A stretch of DNA of 35,345 nt from an uncultured Methanosarcinales archaeon (GCA_964535955.1 CAZHVK010000013.1:1-35345), one strand, 5' to 3'. Positions 1 through 9,627 are shown, numbered from the stretch's first letter. Notes: a model not told the origin generated them from the letters alone. Numbers and translations are program-made.

Positions 1-35
1 AGAGAATTAAACCCTTAACTTAACAAACTAAAGAG

Positions 36-806
36 GTGAAACAAATGCTAAAACACAAAAACATACCAATATACTCGACAAACGAATTAACTTATGAAGA
101 ATTTACAGATGAATCTAATATAAAAAAGCGTAATCCATGTTCATTCTTATTAGATGATATAGTAATTTCAGAACAAGCACAAAGACACAAAGGATCTATG
201 ATAGAAGATATGATCACAGGACAAACAGCATCAAAAACAGCAAAAGATTATATTTGTTCATTAGGATTGGAAGATTTTGTTATTGAATATAGTGAAGCGA
301 AATTAGGGCAAAGAGAGAATCATTATATTATTGATAAAATCACAAAGGAATTTAAAAAAGAAGATAGAGCATTAGATAAAGGCCAATGGGAACTTAGAGA
401 ACATAGTTTTTACTTTCCCACAGCATATTTTGTCTATATTACATTTACAAAAAATGAGACATCTATAGAATTGCCTATAATGATAGGTTCATCCAATGGC
501 AACATAGAAAATAAATACACAAAACAAGAGATAATTTCAACATGGGAGCTTGCTAAACAAAGAACAATAGTGATCATTGTACAAGACGAGAGAGCAGAAA
601 AAAGATTATATCATCATTTATCAAATGATGACGGAGTCAAAGAGATTGTTTCAGTAGATGATTGTGGAATAGGAGAAAGACTAAGAGAGGAATCAACATA
701 TGAAATTAAAGAAGATCAAACAAAGATGAAAAAAACAGCTGCTGCTGAGTATGAATGTGTAGTAGAAGAAATACATCCAATAGAATTAGAAAAAGACCAT
801 GACTAA
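36..806 (+). CDS. hypothetical protein
   Basis: 256-aa ORF with GAGGTG RBS-like sequence at the start; the true start may be the ATG at 45; no family recognised. Confidence 0.6.
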   Translation: MKQMLKHKNIPIYSTNELTYEEFTDESNIKKRNPCSFLLDDIVISEQAQRHKGSMIEDMITGQTASKTAKDYICSLGLEDFVIEYSEAKLGQRENHYIIDKITKEFKKEDRALDKGQWELREHSFYFPTAYFVYITFTKNETSIELPIMIGSSNGNIENKYTKQEIISTWELAKQRTIVIIVQDERAEKRLYHHLSNDDGVKEIVSVDDCGIGERLREESTYEIKEDQTKMKKTAAAEYECVVEEIHPIELEKDHD

Positions 807-1351
807 ACCCTCAACTTATTCTTCGTCGCCTTATCACTAACAATAGCACTATTACCAGTCTTATCTTCAATAATAATCTTTAACTTATCTCTGCCCCAAA
901 GAACATTATTCAACTTCTTGATCAATTTTTTAGCTTTTTTCTTAGCAGCTTTATCTTCTTCACTTTCACGAGCAGTTTCAATAGCAACCTTAGCCCTATT
1001 GATTATACCTTCAACATTAGTAACATAACCATTAGAAGCAGGACCAGGTGAAATAGTCAACACATGCGGAATCTTTACTAAAGCAGAAGCAGACTTAACA
1101 ACCCTGATCTTCAGATCATCCTCACTTGAAACCTCAAGTGTATATTTAGCAGGTTCATGTGTTTCAGCACATTCAAGATCAGCTTTATGATATTTACAAG
1201 AAGTACAAGTCATAGAAAACAGATAAACCTTACCAAAAAAAGGTATCTCATTTTCAGATTCAGAAAGAGTCAATGTATTTTTACTACACATTGGACAAGG
1301 TTGTCCTTTTAAAACATCTGGTTTATTTTCAACTTTTTTCTTTTTATCCAA
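803..1351 (-). CDS. ZPR1-type zinc finger protein
   Basis: CPMC...CTSC zinc ligands, EIPFFGKV, vtNVEG and IIEDKTGNSAI motifs of archaeal ZPR1; adjacent to sepF as is common in archaea. Confidence 0.92.
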   Translation of the reverse strand: MDKKKKVENKPDVLKGQPCPMCSKNTLTLSESENEIPFFGKVYLFSMTCTSCKYHKADLECAETHEPAKYTLEVSSEDDLKIRVVKSASALVKIPHVLTISPGPASNGYVTNVEGIINRAKVAIETARESEEDKAAKKKAKKLIKKLNNVLWGRDKLKIIIEDKTGNSAIVSDKATKNKLRV

Positions 1352-1395
1352 ACATAATCACCCTTTTTTATGAAATAAATTAAAAAGAAAAAAAT

Positions 1396-1809
1396 TTATT
1401 CTTGAACATCTGCTGTTTCAGAACTTCTATGGATCTTTGCAAAACTTGGTGTAACACAAATCCAGTCATCTCCAAAACCTGCAATATCTCCTTCAACAGC
1501 ATCACATGTCTTTTTTAACTTATTGATTGCTCTTTTTAATTCAACAATATCTTTATCTTTTAATGGTTGAATATTAACTAAAGCAATTGTATGTCCTGTT
1601 CTAAGAGAATCAAGTATAGGTCTAATATCTTCAAAATCTTCTAGCATAAAAGGTCTTACTACAACTCTAGACTCATCTTCTTTACTAACAACATCAGAAC
1701 CAAGTTCTACATATTCATCCTCTTTTTCTTCTGGCATTTCTTGATCAGGAGTACCTATCTTAGTGCTAAATTTTTCCTTTATATTTGATAAAAATCCTGG
1801 CATTGGCAT
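1396..1809 (-). CDS. sepF: cell division protein SepF
   Basis: ILDSLRTGHTIALVNI...ELKRAINKLK...GDIAG...VTP, archaeal SepF; GGAGG RBS upstream. Confidence 0.9.
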   Translation of the reverse strand: MPMPGFLSNIKEKFSTKIGTPDQEMPEEKEDEYVELGSDVVSKEDESRVVVRPFMLEDFEDIRPILDSLRTGHTIALVNIQPLKDKDIVELKRAINKLKKTCDAVEGDIAGFGDDWICVTPSFAKIHRSSETADVQE

Positions 1810-1944
1810 TTGTATCCCTCCGTTTTAATAAATATTAATTTATTTAATTTATTTTAAATGATAATTTCCCCTATATATAAATGTATCGAAATTAGATTAT
1901 ATATGTTGTGAAGGATATATGTATATATAGTAAGCATGACAATG

Positions 1945-2059
1945 AGTATGTGTATGGTGTCTGTAAGACAAGTGAGTACATAACACATTGTAAAACGATC
2001 AGGGCTTTCAAAACAATAATACAAAAACATTGAAAGTACGAACGAACCATACACATACT
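1945..2059 (+). repeat. structured dispersed element, family 1 copy A
   Basis: 14-bp terminal inverted repeat AGTATGTGTATGGT/ACCATACACATACT enclosing a GTCT-GTA-AGAC hairpin and the AAGTGAGTA...TACGAACGA core; homologous to 4607-4715 and 23284-23395. Confidence 0.85.
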
Positions 2060-2128
2060 AGAAAAAAACACAAATATATTTATAAACATTAAATAAAACT
2101 TTAAAAACAACCTAAGAGGTGAGTGAGT

Positions 2129-3481
2129 ATGAGCAAAATCTTCAAAGCATATGATATAAGAGGTATTTATCCTGAAGAGATAGATGAATTAATGGTTTAC
2201 AAGATTTCTAAAGCATACTGCGAATTTGTAAAACCACAAAAAGTAGTAATTGGTTGTGATGTAAGAACATCTTCACCATCTTTGAAAAAAGCAGCAATCA
2301 AAGCAATCACAGATTTAGGTATAAAAGTCATAGATGTTGGAACAATATCAACAGATATGCTGTATTTTTCAGTTGCAAACTATGGTTATGATGGTGGTTT
2401 ATCAATAACAGCTTCACACAATCCAAGAGAATACAATGGAATAAAGATGGTAAGAGAAAAATCTATTCCAATTTCATCTGATTCAGGTTTATATGATATA
2501 AGGGATATGGTAATGCAAATGGATTTAGATAAAAGTGTGTTAGATGGAGAAATCAATAAAAACTTAGTTGAACAAAAAGACATAATACATGATTATGTAA
2601 CTAAGATCAAAACATTTGCAAACTTTTCTAAGTTTAAAAAATTCAAAATAGTTGTTAATCCTAATTTTGGAGCAGCTGGCAAACCTCTCACCAATTTATT
2701 GGAAGGTACAGGAATAGAATTAGTAAAAATCAATTTTGAACCAGACGGCACATTTCCAAAAGGCAGACCAGATCCATTGATTCCAGAGAACAGGACAGAA
2801 GTCTCAGAATTAATAAAAAAATCAAATGCAGACTTAGGTGTTGCATGGGATGCTGACGCAGACAGATGTTTCTTTTTCACAGAAAAGGGTGAGTTTATTG
2901 AAGGTTATTTTGTAACAGCTTTATTAGCAAAGATATTTCTGAAAAAGAATCTCGGTGAGAAAATAATACATGATACAAGACTAACATGGGCAATAAAGGA
3001 CACTGTTAAAGAACTCTGTGGAAAGAATATACCAACAAAAGCAGGACATTCATTTATCAAAGAAAGAATGAAAAAAGAAAATGCATTATTTGGTGGTGAG
3101 ATGAGTGCACATTATTATTTTAGAGACTATTATTACTGTGACAATGGTATGATTCCCTTGGTAATGATGCTTGAATTTCTTTCAACACAAGAAAAAACAT
3201 TATCACAAGTAATGCATGATATGTTTTTTAATAAATATTATGTAAGCGGTGAAATAAACACAAAAGTCGAAGATGTTCAGACAATATTAAATAAAGCAGA
3301 ACAAACTTATTTATATGGAACAATTGACAAGACAGATGGTGTTTCTGTTGAATTCACTGACTGGAGATTTAATGTCAGACCAAGTAATACAGAGCCTGTC
3401 ATAAGACTCAATGTTGAAGCAAAATCAAAAGAATTAATGGAAAAGAAAAGAGATGAATTATTGGGATTGATTAGGGGTTAA
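2129..3481 (+). CDS. phosphomannomutase/phosphoglucomutase
   Basis: FKAYDIRG, ITASHNP phosphoserine loop, DADADR metal loop, GEMSAH; ATG at 2129 after GAGGTGA RBS. Confidence 0.95.
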   Translation: MSKIFKAYDIRGIYPEEIDELMVYKISKAYCEFVKPQKVVIGCDVRTSSPSLKKAAIKAITDLGIKVIDVGTISTDMLYFSVANYGYDGGLSITASHNPREYNGIKMVREKSIPISSDSGLYDIRDMVMQMDLDKSVLDGEINKNLVEQKDIIHDYVTKIKTFANFSKFKKFKIVVNPNFGAAGKPLTNLLEGTGIELVKINFEPDGTFPKGRPDPLIPENRTEVSELIKKSNADLGVAWDADADRCFFFTEKGEFIEGYFVTALLAKIFLKKNLGEKIIHDTRLTWAIKDTVKELCGKNIPTKAGHSFIKERMKKENALFGGEMSAHYYFRDYYYCDNGMIPLVMMLEFLSTQEKTLSQVMHDMFFNKYYVSGEINTKVEDVQTILNKAEQTYLYGTIDKTDGVSVEFTDWRFNVRPSNTEPVIRLNVEAKSKELMEKKRDELLGLIRG

Positions 3482-3876
3482 TCATCATCTTTACTAAACT
3501 GTTCTTGATACTTTACTAGTAAATCTGCTGTATCATCTCCTGCTAATGACCTTACATTATCAAGATAATGTCTAACAACATCTTTAAAAAAATGATTAAT
3601 CATAGAAACATTCTCAACATCATTTTTGAGAAAATAATCACATTGAAAAGAAGAGATCTGTCCAGCCAGGTCAACTTCATATTCTTCATCTTTATCAGAT
3701 TCAAGAAAATAAACATTTAGTATCAAATTATTATTACTAGAAAGATTAAATTCCCCAAAAAGAACATCTGGAAATTTTTCTTCTAAAGCTTCTTTAAAAT
3801 CAAAATAATGTTCCTTGTTTGTTTCTAATTTATTAATACGTGTCCTCAGTTTTGCTATAACATAATCTAATGTCAT
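3478..3876 (-). CDS. hypothetical acidic protein
   Basis: 132-aa ORF, TATA-like TTTATATA about 25 bp upstream (leaderless); no family recognised. Confidence 0.55.
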   Translation of the reverse strand: MTLDYVIAKLRTRINKLETNKEHYFDFKEALEEKFPDVLFGEFNLSSNNNLILNVYFLESDKDEEYEVDLAGQISSFQCDYFLKNDVENVSMINHFFKDVVRHYLDNVRSLAGDDTADLLVKYQEQFSKDDD

Positions 3877-3930
3877 ACATTCTACTTAGACAAAATAATA
3901 TATAAAGATTTGTATTATTAACCAACAACA

Positions 3931-3987
3931 TAACCACTTACCTAGTCAAGGGCGGGTGGTTGGGGGTAATGGAAGGTGGGAAACAAA
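3931..3987 (+). repeat. hairpin/G-rich dispersed element, family 2 copy A
   Basis: TAACCACTTACC...GGGCGGGTGGTTGGGGGTAATGGAAGGTGGGAAA, near-identical ends to 12071-12157. Confidence 0.8.
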
Positions 3988-3994
3988 CTATAAC

Positions 3995-4573
3995 TTACTT
4001 CTTCCCCCTTCTATTCAGATTAGCTCTTTTACTAGGCCTAACTTTTTCAGCGCCTTTTCCTTTGTTCCGCAATCCACGTGATTTCTTACCAGAACTTGTC
4101 AAACCTCTGAACACTCTTCCTCTTTTCCTAAACATCCAGCTAACATTTTTATCAGCTAAGATCTGAGGATGCATTGGATCAACTAATATAATTTCATACC
4201 ATTTATATTGAGCATCTTGTGCAACCCAATAACTGTTCAGAACTTCACAATTCTTATATTTTTTATTAGCTCTCTGCTCTGCAATTGTCTGATAATTCAT
4301 GTTCAGCACCATCTTTTGCCTAGCATGTTTTGGTCTACGTCCACCTGTTATGTTTGGCCTTTTGTGTCCGCCTCTGCCAACTCTTTGCCTGACTAATATA
4401 AAACCTTTTTTTGCTTTATAACCTAGTGATCTTGCTCTATCTAATCTAGTAGGTCTTTTAATTCTTATTGTTACAGGATCTTTTCTCCATAGAATTAATC
4501 TTTTTTGCCATAATTCTGGCATTGTTTTTCTTGGTTTTTTCCAAAGTTTTCTAATGTGTTTATACATACTCAT
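3995..4573 (-). CDS. rpl15e: 50S ribosomal protein L15e (eL15)
   Basis: [51 protein letters not shown]. Confidence 0.98.
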   Translation of the reverse strand: MSMYKHIRKLWKKPRKTMPELWQKRLILWRKDPVTIRIKRPTRLDRARSLGYKAKKGFILVRQRVGRGGHKRPNITGGRRPKHARQKMVLNMNYQTIAEQRANKKYKNCEVLNSYWVAQDAQYKWYEIILVDPMHPQILADKNVSWMFRKRGRVFRGLTSSGKKSRGLRNKGKGAEKVRPSKRANLNRRGKK

Positions 4574-4606
4574 TTTTGTTAGCCTCCATTATTTGAATTA
4601 ATTTTA

Positions 4607-4715
4607 GTGAAATTGTCGCCTGTAAGGCCAGTGAGCAAATGTTAGTTTCACAAGACAACATTGTTGCTTCACTTGCACTCATATTACATGAAGCATGCGA
4701 ACGAGGCAATTTCAC
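4607..4715 (+). repeat. structured dispersed element, family 1 copy B (divergent)
   Basis: 11-bp terminal stem GTGAAATTGTC/GGCAATTTCAC (one G-T), GCCT-GTA-AGGC hairpin, CAGTGAGCA...TGCGAACGA core, two inner stems AATGTT/AACATT and TGCTTCA/TGAAGCA. Confidence 0.8.
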
Positions 4716-4720
4716 ACAAA

Positions 4721-4766
4721 GTTCAGGTAAGCTACTACCCACATCCTTTGATGATATATGGGATTT
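4721..4766 (-). promoter_or_regulatory. candidate eL15 ribosomal-protein mRNA leader
   Basis: Minus strand reads CCCATAT-N11-ATGTGGG overlapping GGTAG-TAGC-TTACC-TGAAC, just downstream of TTTATAAA (4775-4782) and upstream of rpl15e; match to known archaeal eL15 leaders is from memory only. Confidence 0.45.
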
Positions 4767-4880
4767 GAATTTTATTTATAAATCTTACTATACAATATAA
4801 AAATACTACTTTACAATAGTAAAAAGGGAAAACTTTATAAAGCAAAACACATTCCCCATACACAGTTTGAGGGAAATCAT

Positions 4881-6197
4881 ATGTTAAGAAATCCAGAAGA
4901 TTATTCAAAATATTATGTTCTAGAACTTGATACAGATAGAGCTCCATTAGAAGACAAGACATTATTAAAAGAAGATTTAGCACAATTTTTAAGAAAAGAA
5001 GTAGCTGAATTTGGCTTTGTCACTGCTAAAGATGCAAGAGACACTGAATATTTTGTAGTAGTTACAACATTAGATGAAAGAATTGATTATTTTGTTGACA
5101 CACAAAATGTGATTGAACAAAAGATTAAAGATCTAGAATTACACAGTGGTTTCACACTTAGAAAAGCCACACTAAGAGAGATACAACATACTGAAAGCAT
5201 TATCCATAAATCACTAAGCATACCTACCACTTATGACCCTGACCAAATATATGAGAAAAGGGAACAATATGTTCAAGATCTTGAACAATTGGTAATGCAA
5301 ACTGAAGAAGAATTACAAACATTAGAAAAAGATAAGAAAAAAACCACAGTTGGAGAACAACAAGTAGCACAATTTAAAAAAAAAAACAAACTTCTTAATT
5401 CTGAGATAATTGTTCTGAAAGAGACTGAAAAACAATCAACAAATAGAATAAAAGAACTCGAAAAACAATTATCACACAAAGCAGTCAGTCTAGATGAAAT
5501 AATTGAAATAATTGAAAGAAATGTGAAAAATGAAGTAGCAGAAATTAAAAAACTAAAAAAATCAAGAGAATCACCAGAATACCAAAAAATGGAAAAATCA
5601 GTATTAAAATATCATGGCAAAGAAAACAAGATGCCTGCAGCAGTAAAATCAATCTATGCTAGAAAAAAATTACTATTTGAAAAGATGAGAAAAGGCATTT
5701 CTGATAAGATAAATCAACATGTTAATAATCTGCTTCAATATGATGAAGAGAGTCTTGGCATGGCAAGCAAGATTTGTCCAAATGTTTATGATGGAACAGA
5801 GGTCCCTGAATTAAAAAGACTTCCTTCTGAAGATGAACTAAATGAATACTTAAAAGGATTAAATGAAATATCAGCAGGACTGATAATAACTTATGGAAGA
5901 CAAGAATACCACTACGAAAACTTATCACTTGAAGATGCTTTACAATGCAGATTATTTGAATATGGTATTAGAAAAATTGAGCATGAAAACAAAAAAAGAT
6001 TAAAAGAAAAAAAGAGACCCAGAATAAGAAGAATAAAAAAAGAGATAGAAGTAATTGTGCATAATTTTATGAAAACACAAGGCAAAAGAAGATTTGATTT
6101 TAAATTTAATTATACAAGAGCAAAAACACTTATGAAAAGATTAGGACATTGTACAAAAGAAATAGATAATGAATATATGCTAACTAATGGTAATTAA
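4881..6197 (+). CDS. hypothetical coiled-coil protein
   Basis: 438-aa K/E-rich ORF with central heptad-like region; TATA CTTTATAAA upstream. Confidence 0.7.
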   Translation: MLRNPEDYSKYYVLELDTDRAPLEDKTLLKEDLAQFLRKEVAEFGFVTAKDARDTEYFVVVTTLDERIDYFVDTQNVIEQKIKDLELHSGFTLRKATLREIQHTESIIHKSLSIPTTYDPDQIYEKREQYVQDLEQLVMQTEEELQTLEKDKKKTTVGEQQVAQFKKKNKLLNSEIIVLKETEKQSTNRIKELEKQLSHKAVSLDEIIEIIERNVKNEVAEIKKLKKSRESPEYQKMEKSVLKYHGKENKMPAAVKSIYARKKLLFEKMRKGISDKINQHVNNLLQYDEESLGMASKICPNVYDGTEVPELKRLPSEDELNEYLKGLNEISAGLIITYGRQEYHYENLSLEDALQCRLFEYGIRKIEHENKKRLKEKKRPRIRRIKKEIEVIVHNFMKTQGKRRFDFKFNYTRAKTLMKRLGHCTKEIDNEYMLTNGN

Positions 6198-7410
6198 AAT
6201 GGTTGTCACAAAAAAACAAGAAAAGAAAAAACTTACTGAAAAGATCTACTTAATAGAATTAAAAGGAAAATCAACAAATATTCAAGGAATGCTTGAGACA
6301 ACAGGGGATATTATTAGAGGAGCGACTGCTTTTATAAATGATAGAAAGACAAATGAACAAGTAACATATGAAGAAGGAGAGAATTGTATTTTTGTCAAGA
6401 CACAACTGCTAGATACTAAAACAAATCTAACAGATACATTAGAAAAAAAATTAAAGAACAATGTGACTCTTAAAAGACGCAAAGTATCAGCAGGAGTAAA
6501 GAAAATAACAAAAAAACAATATCAAGAGCAAAAACCAAAAGACAAGAATGACAAGAAAAAGTCAAATGGAAAAGAAACAGAGGAAATAAATATTTACAAA
6601 GCACAAATTGATGTTCTAAAATCAGAATCGCAAGAATACATAAATCAAATAGATGGATTAAAAGAAGAAATGAAAACACTTAAACAGGATAAAGCAAAAA
6701 TAGATGAATCAAATGAAGAATTAATAAAAGAAAACATAGAACTTGAAGATGTGATTAAAGAACTAAAAAAAAGAGACAAAGATTTTATTGAAAAACTAAA
6801 ACAAGGACAATTGATTGATTATTTTGTAGAATTATTAGAAGAAGTTGAAAAGATTTACAAAAACAAAGCACATGAAGAAGCTAAAAAAATAATTCAATTC
6901 TATAAAGATGAATTTGAAGTTGAAGATCCAAAAGATCTTGAAGATGAAGAATTTAGAGAATCTCTTGAATCTGCACTAAGAATTCATGAAGAATATCAAA
7001 AAGATACAGCAAAAAGTGAAAAAAAAGTAGTCGAAAGTGGAGAAACTTATGATACAATAATAAACACTGCTTGCGAAGCAACAAGATGGCTAATGGAAAG
7101 CGAAAATGAAGAATTAAAAGCAATCGCAAGAAAAGGAATGATACAATTTATGAGCATTTTTCAGCAATACTTAGGTGGAAAAGAAGAAACATCTGAACAA
7201 GAACTTAGTCATGAAGAATTATTTAGAAAAGCCATAGAAGAAGGACATGGAAAAGCTGATGAAATAACAGATTATATTAAACAACAGGATCCTAAATTCA
7301 ATAAATGGAAACTATACAGACTAGCAAAAGAAATGGAAGACATAACTACGCAAGGTAAAACAAGAGGAGCAAGATATGTCCTTATAAAAACAGATAACAC
7401 ATCACAATAA
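6187..7410 (+). CDS. hypothetical coiled-coil protein with possible C-terminal winged helix
   Basis: Overlaps the upstream ORF; central coiled coil; C-terminus ADEITDYI...KLYRLAKEMEDITTQGKTRGARYV resembles a wHTH wing. Confidence 0.65.
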   Translation: MVIKMVVTKKQEKKKLTEKIYLIELKGKSTNIQGMLETTGDIIRGATAFINDRKTNEQVTYEEGENCIFVKTQLLDTKTNLTDTLEKKLKNNVTLKRRKVSAGVKKITKKQYQEQKPKDKNDKKKSNGKETEEINIYKAQIDVLKSESQEYINQIDGLKEEMKTLKQDKAKIDESNEELIKENIELEDVIKELKKRDKDFIEKLKQGQLIDYFVELLEEVEKIYKNKAHEEAKKIIQFYKDEFEVEDPKDLEDEEFRESLESALRIHEEYQKDTAKSEKKVVESGETYDTIINTACEATRWLMESENEELKAIARKGMIQFMSIFQQYLGGKEETSEQELSHEELFRKAIEEGHGKADEITDYIKQQDPKFNKWKLYRLAKEMEDITTQGKTRGARYVLIKTDNTSQ

Positions 7411-7444
7411 TATTTAAATATCCTTATTCTGTCCTATATATATC

Positions 7445-8209
7445 ATGGATATATGGGACCAAATATTAAAAACAAGGGTGAAAGATATAGAAAGATTTGC
7501 TAATTTATTTCCTCAAGTAATTGATTATATTCTGTTTAAGAAAAGGGATTTTAATGATGATATGGAAGATAAAGATGATTATTTTCTAATAACAGAAGAA
7601 AACAGAGCAAATTGTGTGTTTGTACATGTTGTTCCAAAAGAACTAATGCAATTATTTAGACAAATGCAGATACAATCACCAAATGAATTCTATGGTTATT
7701 CTGTTCTTGCTGGTAGGCGTGATAATAAAGCTCTTAGAGTAACTTGTTTTGGTGTCCCTTGTTCAATATTATATAAAAGTATAATGAACAATGATATTGT
7801 AAAGGATATTAGGCAAGACAGTATTAAACATGTTGTTCTTGGTATGGTGTTTGATGATAGAGAAAGATTGTTAATGATAAAAACAACTAAACATCCATAT
7901 GAAGGACATTGGACATTACCAACTGGTGTGGTAAATAATAATGAACAAATAAACAATGCTGTAAAAAGAATAATTCATAATGAAACAGGTGTAATATCTG
8001 AGTTTGTAAAAGAAACAATGTTGATTGATAAGTTTGATAGAAGAAATAATAAAAATGTTCTGATACATTTCACATTATGCATTGCTCTGAATGACACAAC
8101 AGAGATTGGTGAAGAGGCAGAAGATGTTCGTTGGTTTTCAAAGCAAGATTTATTAACTATAAAGATTGTGCCTGAGTTTAAGAAGTATATTTTTGAAAGA
8201 TTATTCTAA
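7445..8209 (+). CDS. NUDIX-fold protein with uncharacterised N-terminal domain
   Basis: C-terminal GHWTLPTGVVNNNEQINNAVKRIIHNETGV (degenerate Nudix box) and EAEDVRWF. Confidence 0.75.
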   Translation: MDIWDQILKTRVKDIERFANLFPQVIDYILFKKRDFNDDMEDKDDYFLITEENRANCVFVHVVPKELMQLFRQMQIQSPNEFYGYSVLAGRRDNKALRVTCFGVPCSILYKSIMNNDIVKDIRQDSIKHVVLGMVFDDRERLLMIKTTKHPYEGHWTLPTGVVNNNEQINNAVKRIIHNETGVISEFVKETMLIDKFDRRNNKNVLIHFTLCIALNDTTEIGEEAEDVRWFSKQDLLTIKIVPEFKKYIFERLF

Positions 8210-8212
8210 TTA

Positions 8213-8255
8213 TGTGGTGTATAACCCAAAGGTTTATATATCTGTGGTGTATAAC
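8213..8255 (+). promoter_or_regulatory. 13-bp direct repeats flanking the BRE/TATA box of the Fic gene
   Basis: TGTGGTGTATAAC at 8213-8225 and 8243-8255 on either side of AAAGGTTTATATA. Confidence 0.7.
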
Positions 8256-8263
8256 TCCTTAGT

Positions 8264-9175
8264 ATGGCATATACAAGAAGGATTAAAGTTAAAGGAAAGA
8301 AATATTGGGTGTTAGAACACACAATAAGAAAAGGAAAAAAATATCAAAAAAAGATAAAATATATAGGAAAAACTCTGCCATCTAAAACAAAATTAGAAAA
8401 GTTAAAAGAAGAGTTTCTTAAAGATATCAATAAGAACAAATATAAATTTCTTACAGCAGAAGATATTAAAAAAATAGAAAATAAGAAAAAAAAATATAAC
8501 AAAGACCTTAAAAAAATTACCAAATTAGAAAAAGAAGAAAGATTAAAAGAATTTATAATCAGATTTACATATGACAGCAGTAAACTAGCAGGGGTCCCTG
8601 TAACATTAAGGCAGACTTATTTAATCTTAAAACAAGGAATCATGCCTAAAAATATTAAGAATCTGAGAACTGTTAAAGAATTAGAAAACCATGAAAAAGG
8701 ATTCATGGTCATAACAAAATATAGAGGAAAATTAAATTTAAAGTTTATTAAAAAGCTCCATAAAATTTTATTAACAGATGTTAATAATTCAATAGCAGGA
8801 AAATTAAGAAATGAATTAAAAAGAGATGTAAAGGTAGCAGGAACGCCTTACATTCCTCCAAAATGGAAAACTCTTAAAAAAGAGCTAAACAATTTCTTTA
8901 AATGGTATGACTCAGAAAAAAGAAAACTTCATCCGATTGAATTAGCAGCATTAGTTCACTTAAAAATGATCTCAATACAACCTTTTATTGATGGGAATAG
9001 TAGATTATCCAGATTACTGATGAATTGGGTCCTGTGGAAAAAGAATTATCCTTTGGTTGATATTCCTATTGAAGATATTGAAAAATATTATAATGTGTTG
9101 GATAAATACCAAATAGAAAAAAAAGAAAGACCTTTTATCAGATATATTAAAAAGAAATATTTAGAAGGTGTGTGA
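8264..9175 (+). CDS. Fic/DOC family protein (non-canonical motif)
   Basis: IKKLHKILL, AGKLR, HPIELAALVH..ISIQPFIDGNSRLSRLLMN. Confidence 0.9.
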   Translation: MAYTRRIKVKGKKYWVLEHTIRKGKKYQKKIKYIGKTLPSKTKLEKLKEEFLKDINKNKYKFLTAEDIKKIENKKKKYNKDLKKITKLEKEERLKEFIIRFTYDSSKLAGVPVTLRQTYLILKQGIMPKNIKNLRTVKELENHEKGFMVITKYRGKLNLKFIKKLHKILLTDVNNSIAGKLRNELKRDVKVAGTPYIPPKWKTLKKELNNFFKWYDSEKRKLHPIELAALVHLKMISIQPFIDGNSRLSRLLMNWVLWKKNYPLVDIPIEDIEKYYNVLDKYQIEKKERPFIRYIKKKYLEGV

Positions 9176-9627
9176 TTATGAAAAAAACAACCATTATACT
9201 AACCATATTAGCACTTATTCTATTAACAGGTTGCAACAAATGGCAAGACAGACCACCAATGTACAAAGAAATAGAACCAGTTCCAAATGAATGCGCAAAA
9301 TCAAAAGATGATGTATGTGAATTATTCGACTGCATGGTTGATCAGTGTTGGTGTAGTGAGATTAGTCCTGATGGTGCCATATTAAGTCAAGGCAGCATAG
9401 TAATTGAGAATGAAGAACAAGCAATGCAGGTAGTTTATGATTATTTCTTTGGTGCTTATGAGGAAGGAGAATTGTATGGCAAGATGGTTTACAGGAAAGT
9501 AAAGAAAGCAGTAAAGATTAATAATGTATTCTATAATGTGTTTGTAGATGAACATGAAGAAGGAAATGAAGTTACTTACACAGTAGCTGTTGATGGAACT
9601 ATTATAAAGACTATTTGTGGTGTTTAG
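9172..9627 (+). CDS. putative lipoprotein
   Basis: MKKTTIILTILALILLTGC lipobox-type signal; Cys-rich N-terminal part. Confidence 0.7.
   Translation: MIMKKTTIILTILALILLTGCNKWQDRPPMYKEIEPVPNECAKSKDDVCELFDCMVDQCWCSEISPDGAILSQGSIVIENEEQAMQVVYDYFFGAYEEGELYGKMVYRKVKKAVKINNVFYNVFVDEHEEGNEVTYTVAVDGTIIKTICGV

Noticed and set aside
1871..1930. Imperfect 17-bp inverted repeat CTATATATAAATGTATC/GATATATGTATATATAG
   Set aside because: Low-complexity TA sequence, explained by TATA-like boxes; it could be a promoter for family-1 copy A but this is unsupported at the other copies
1945..2059. Family-1 element as a self-cleaving ribozyme, riboswitch or intrinsic terminator
   Set aside because: No hammerhead CUGANGA/GAAA or other recognisable catalytic core; the folded strand is antisense to the adjacent sepF, rpl15e and thrS; the architecture is too complex for a terminator
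1854..2110. Short minus-strand ORFs 1854-2054 and 1892-2110
   Set aside because: They overlap the structured repeat and AT-rich promoters and have no RBS or protein-like signal
3960..4166. ORF starting within the G-rich repeat
   Set aside because: Antisense shadow of rpl15e
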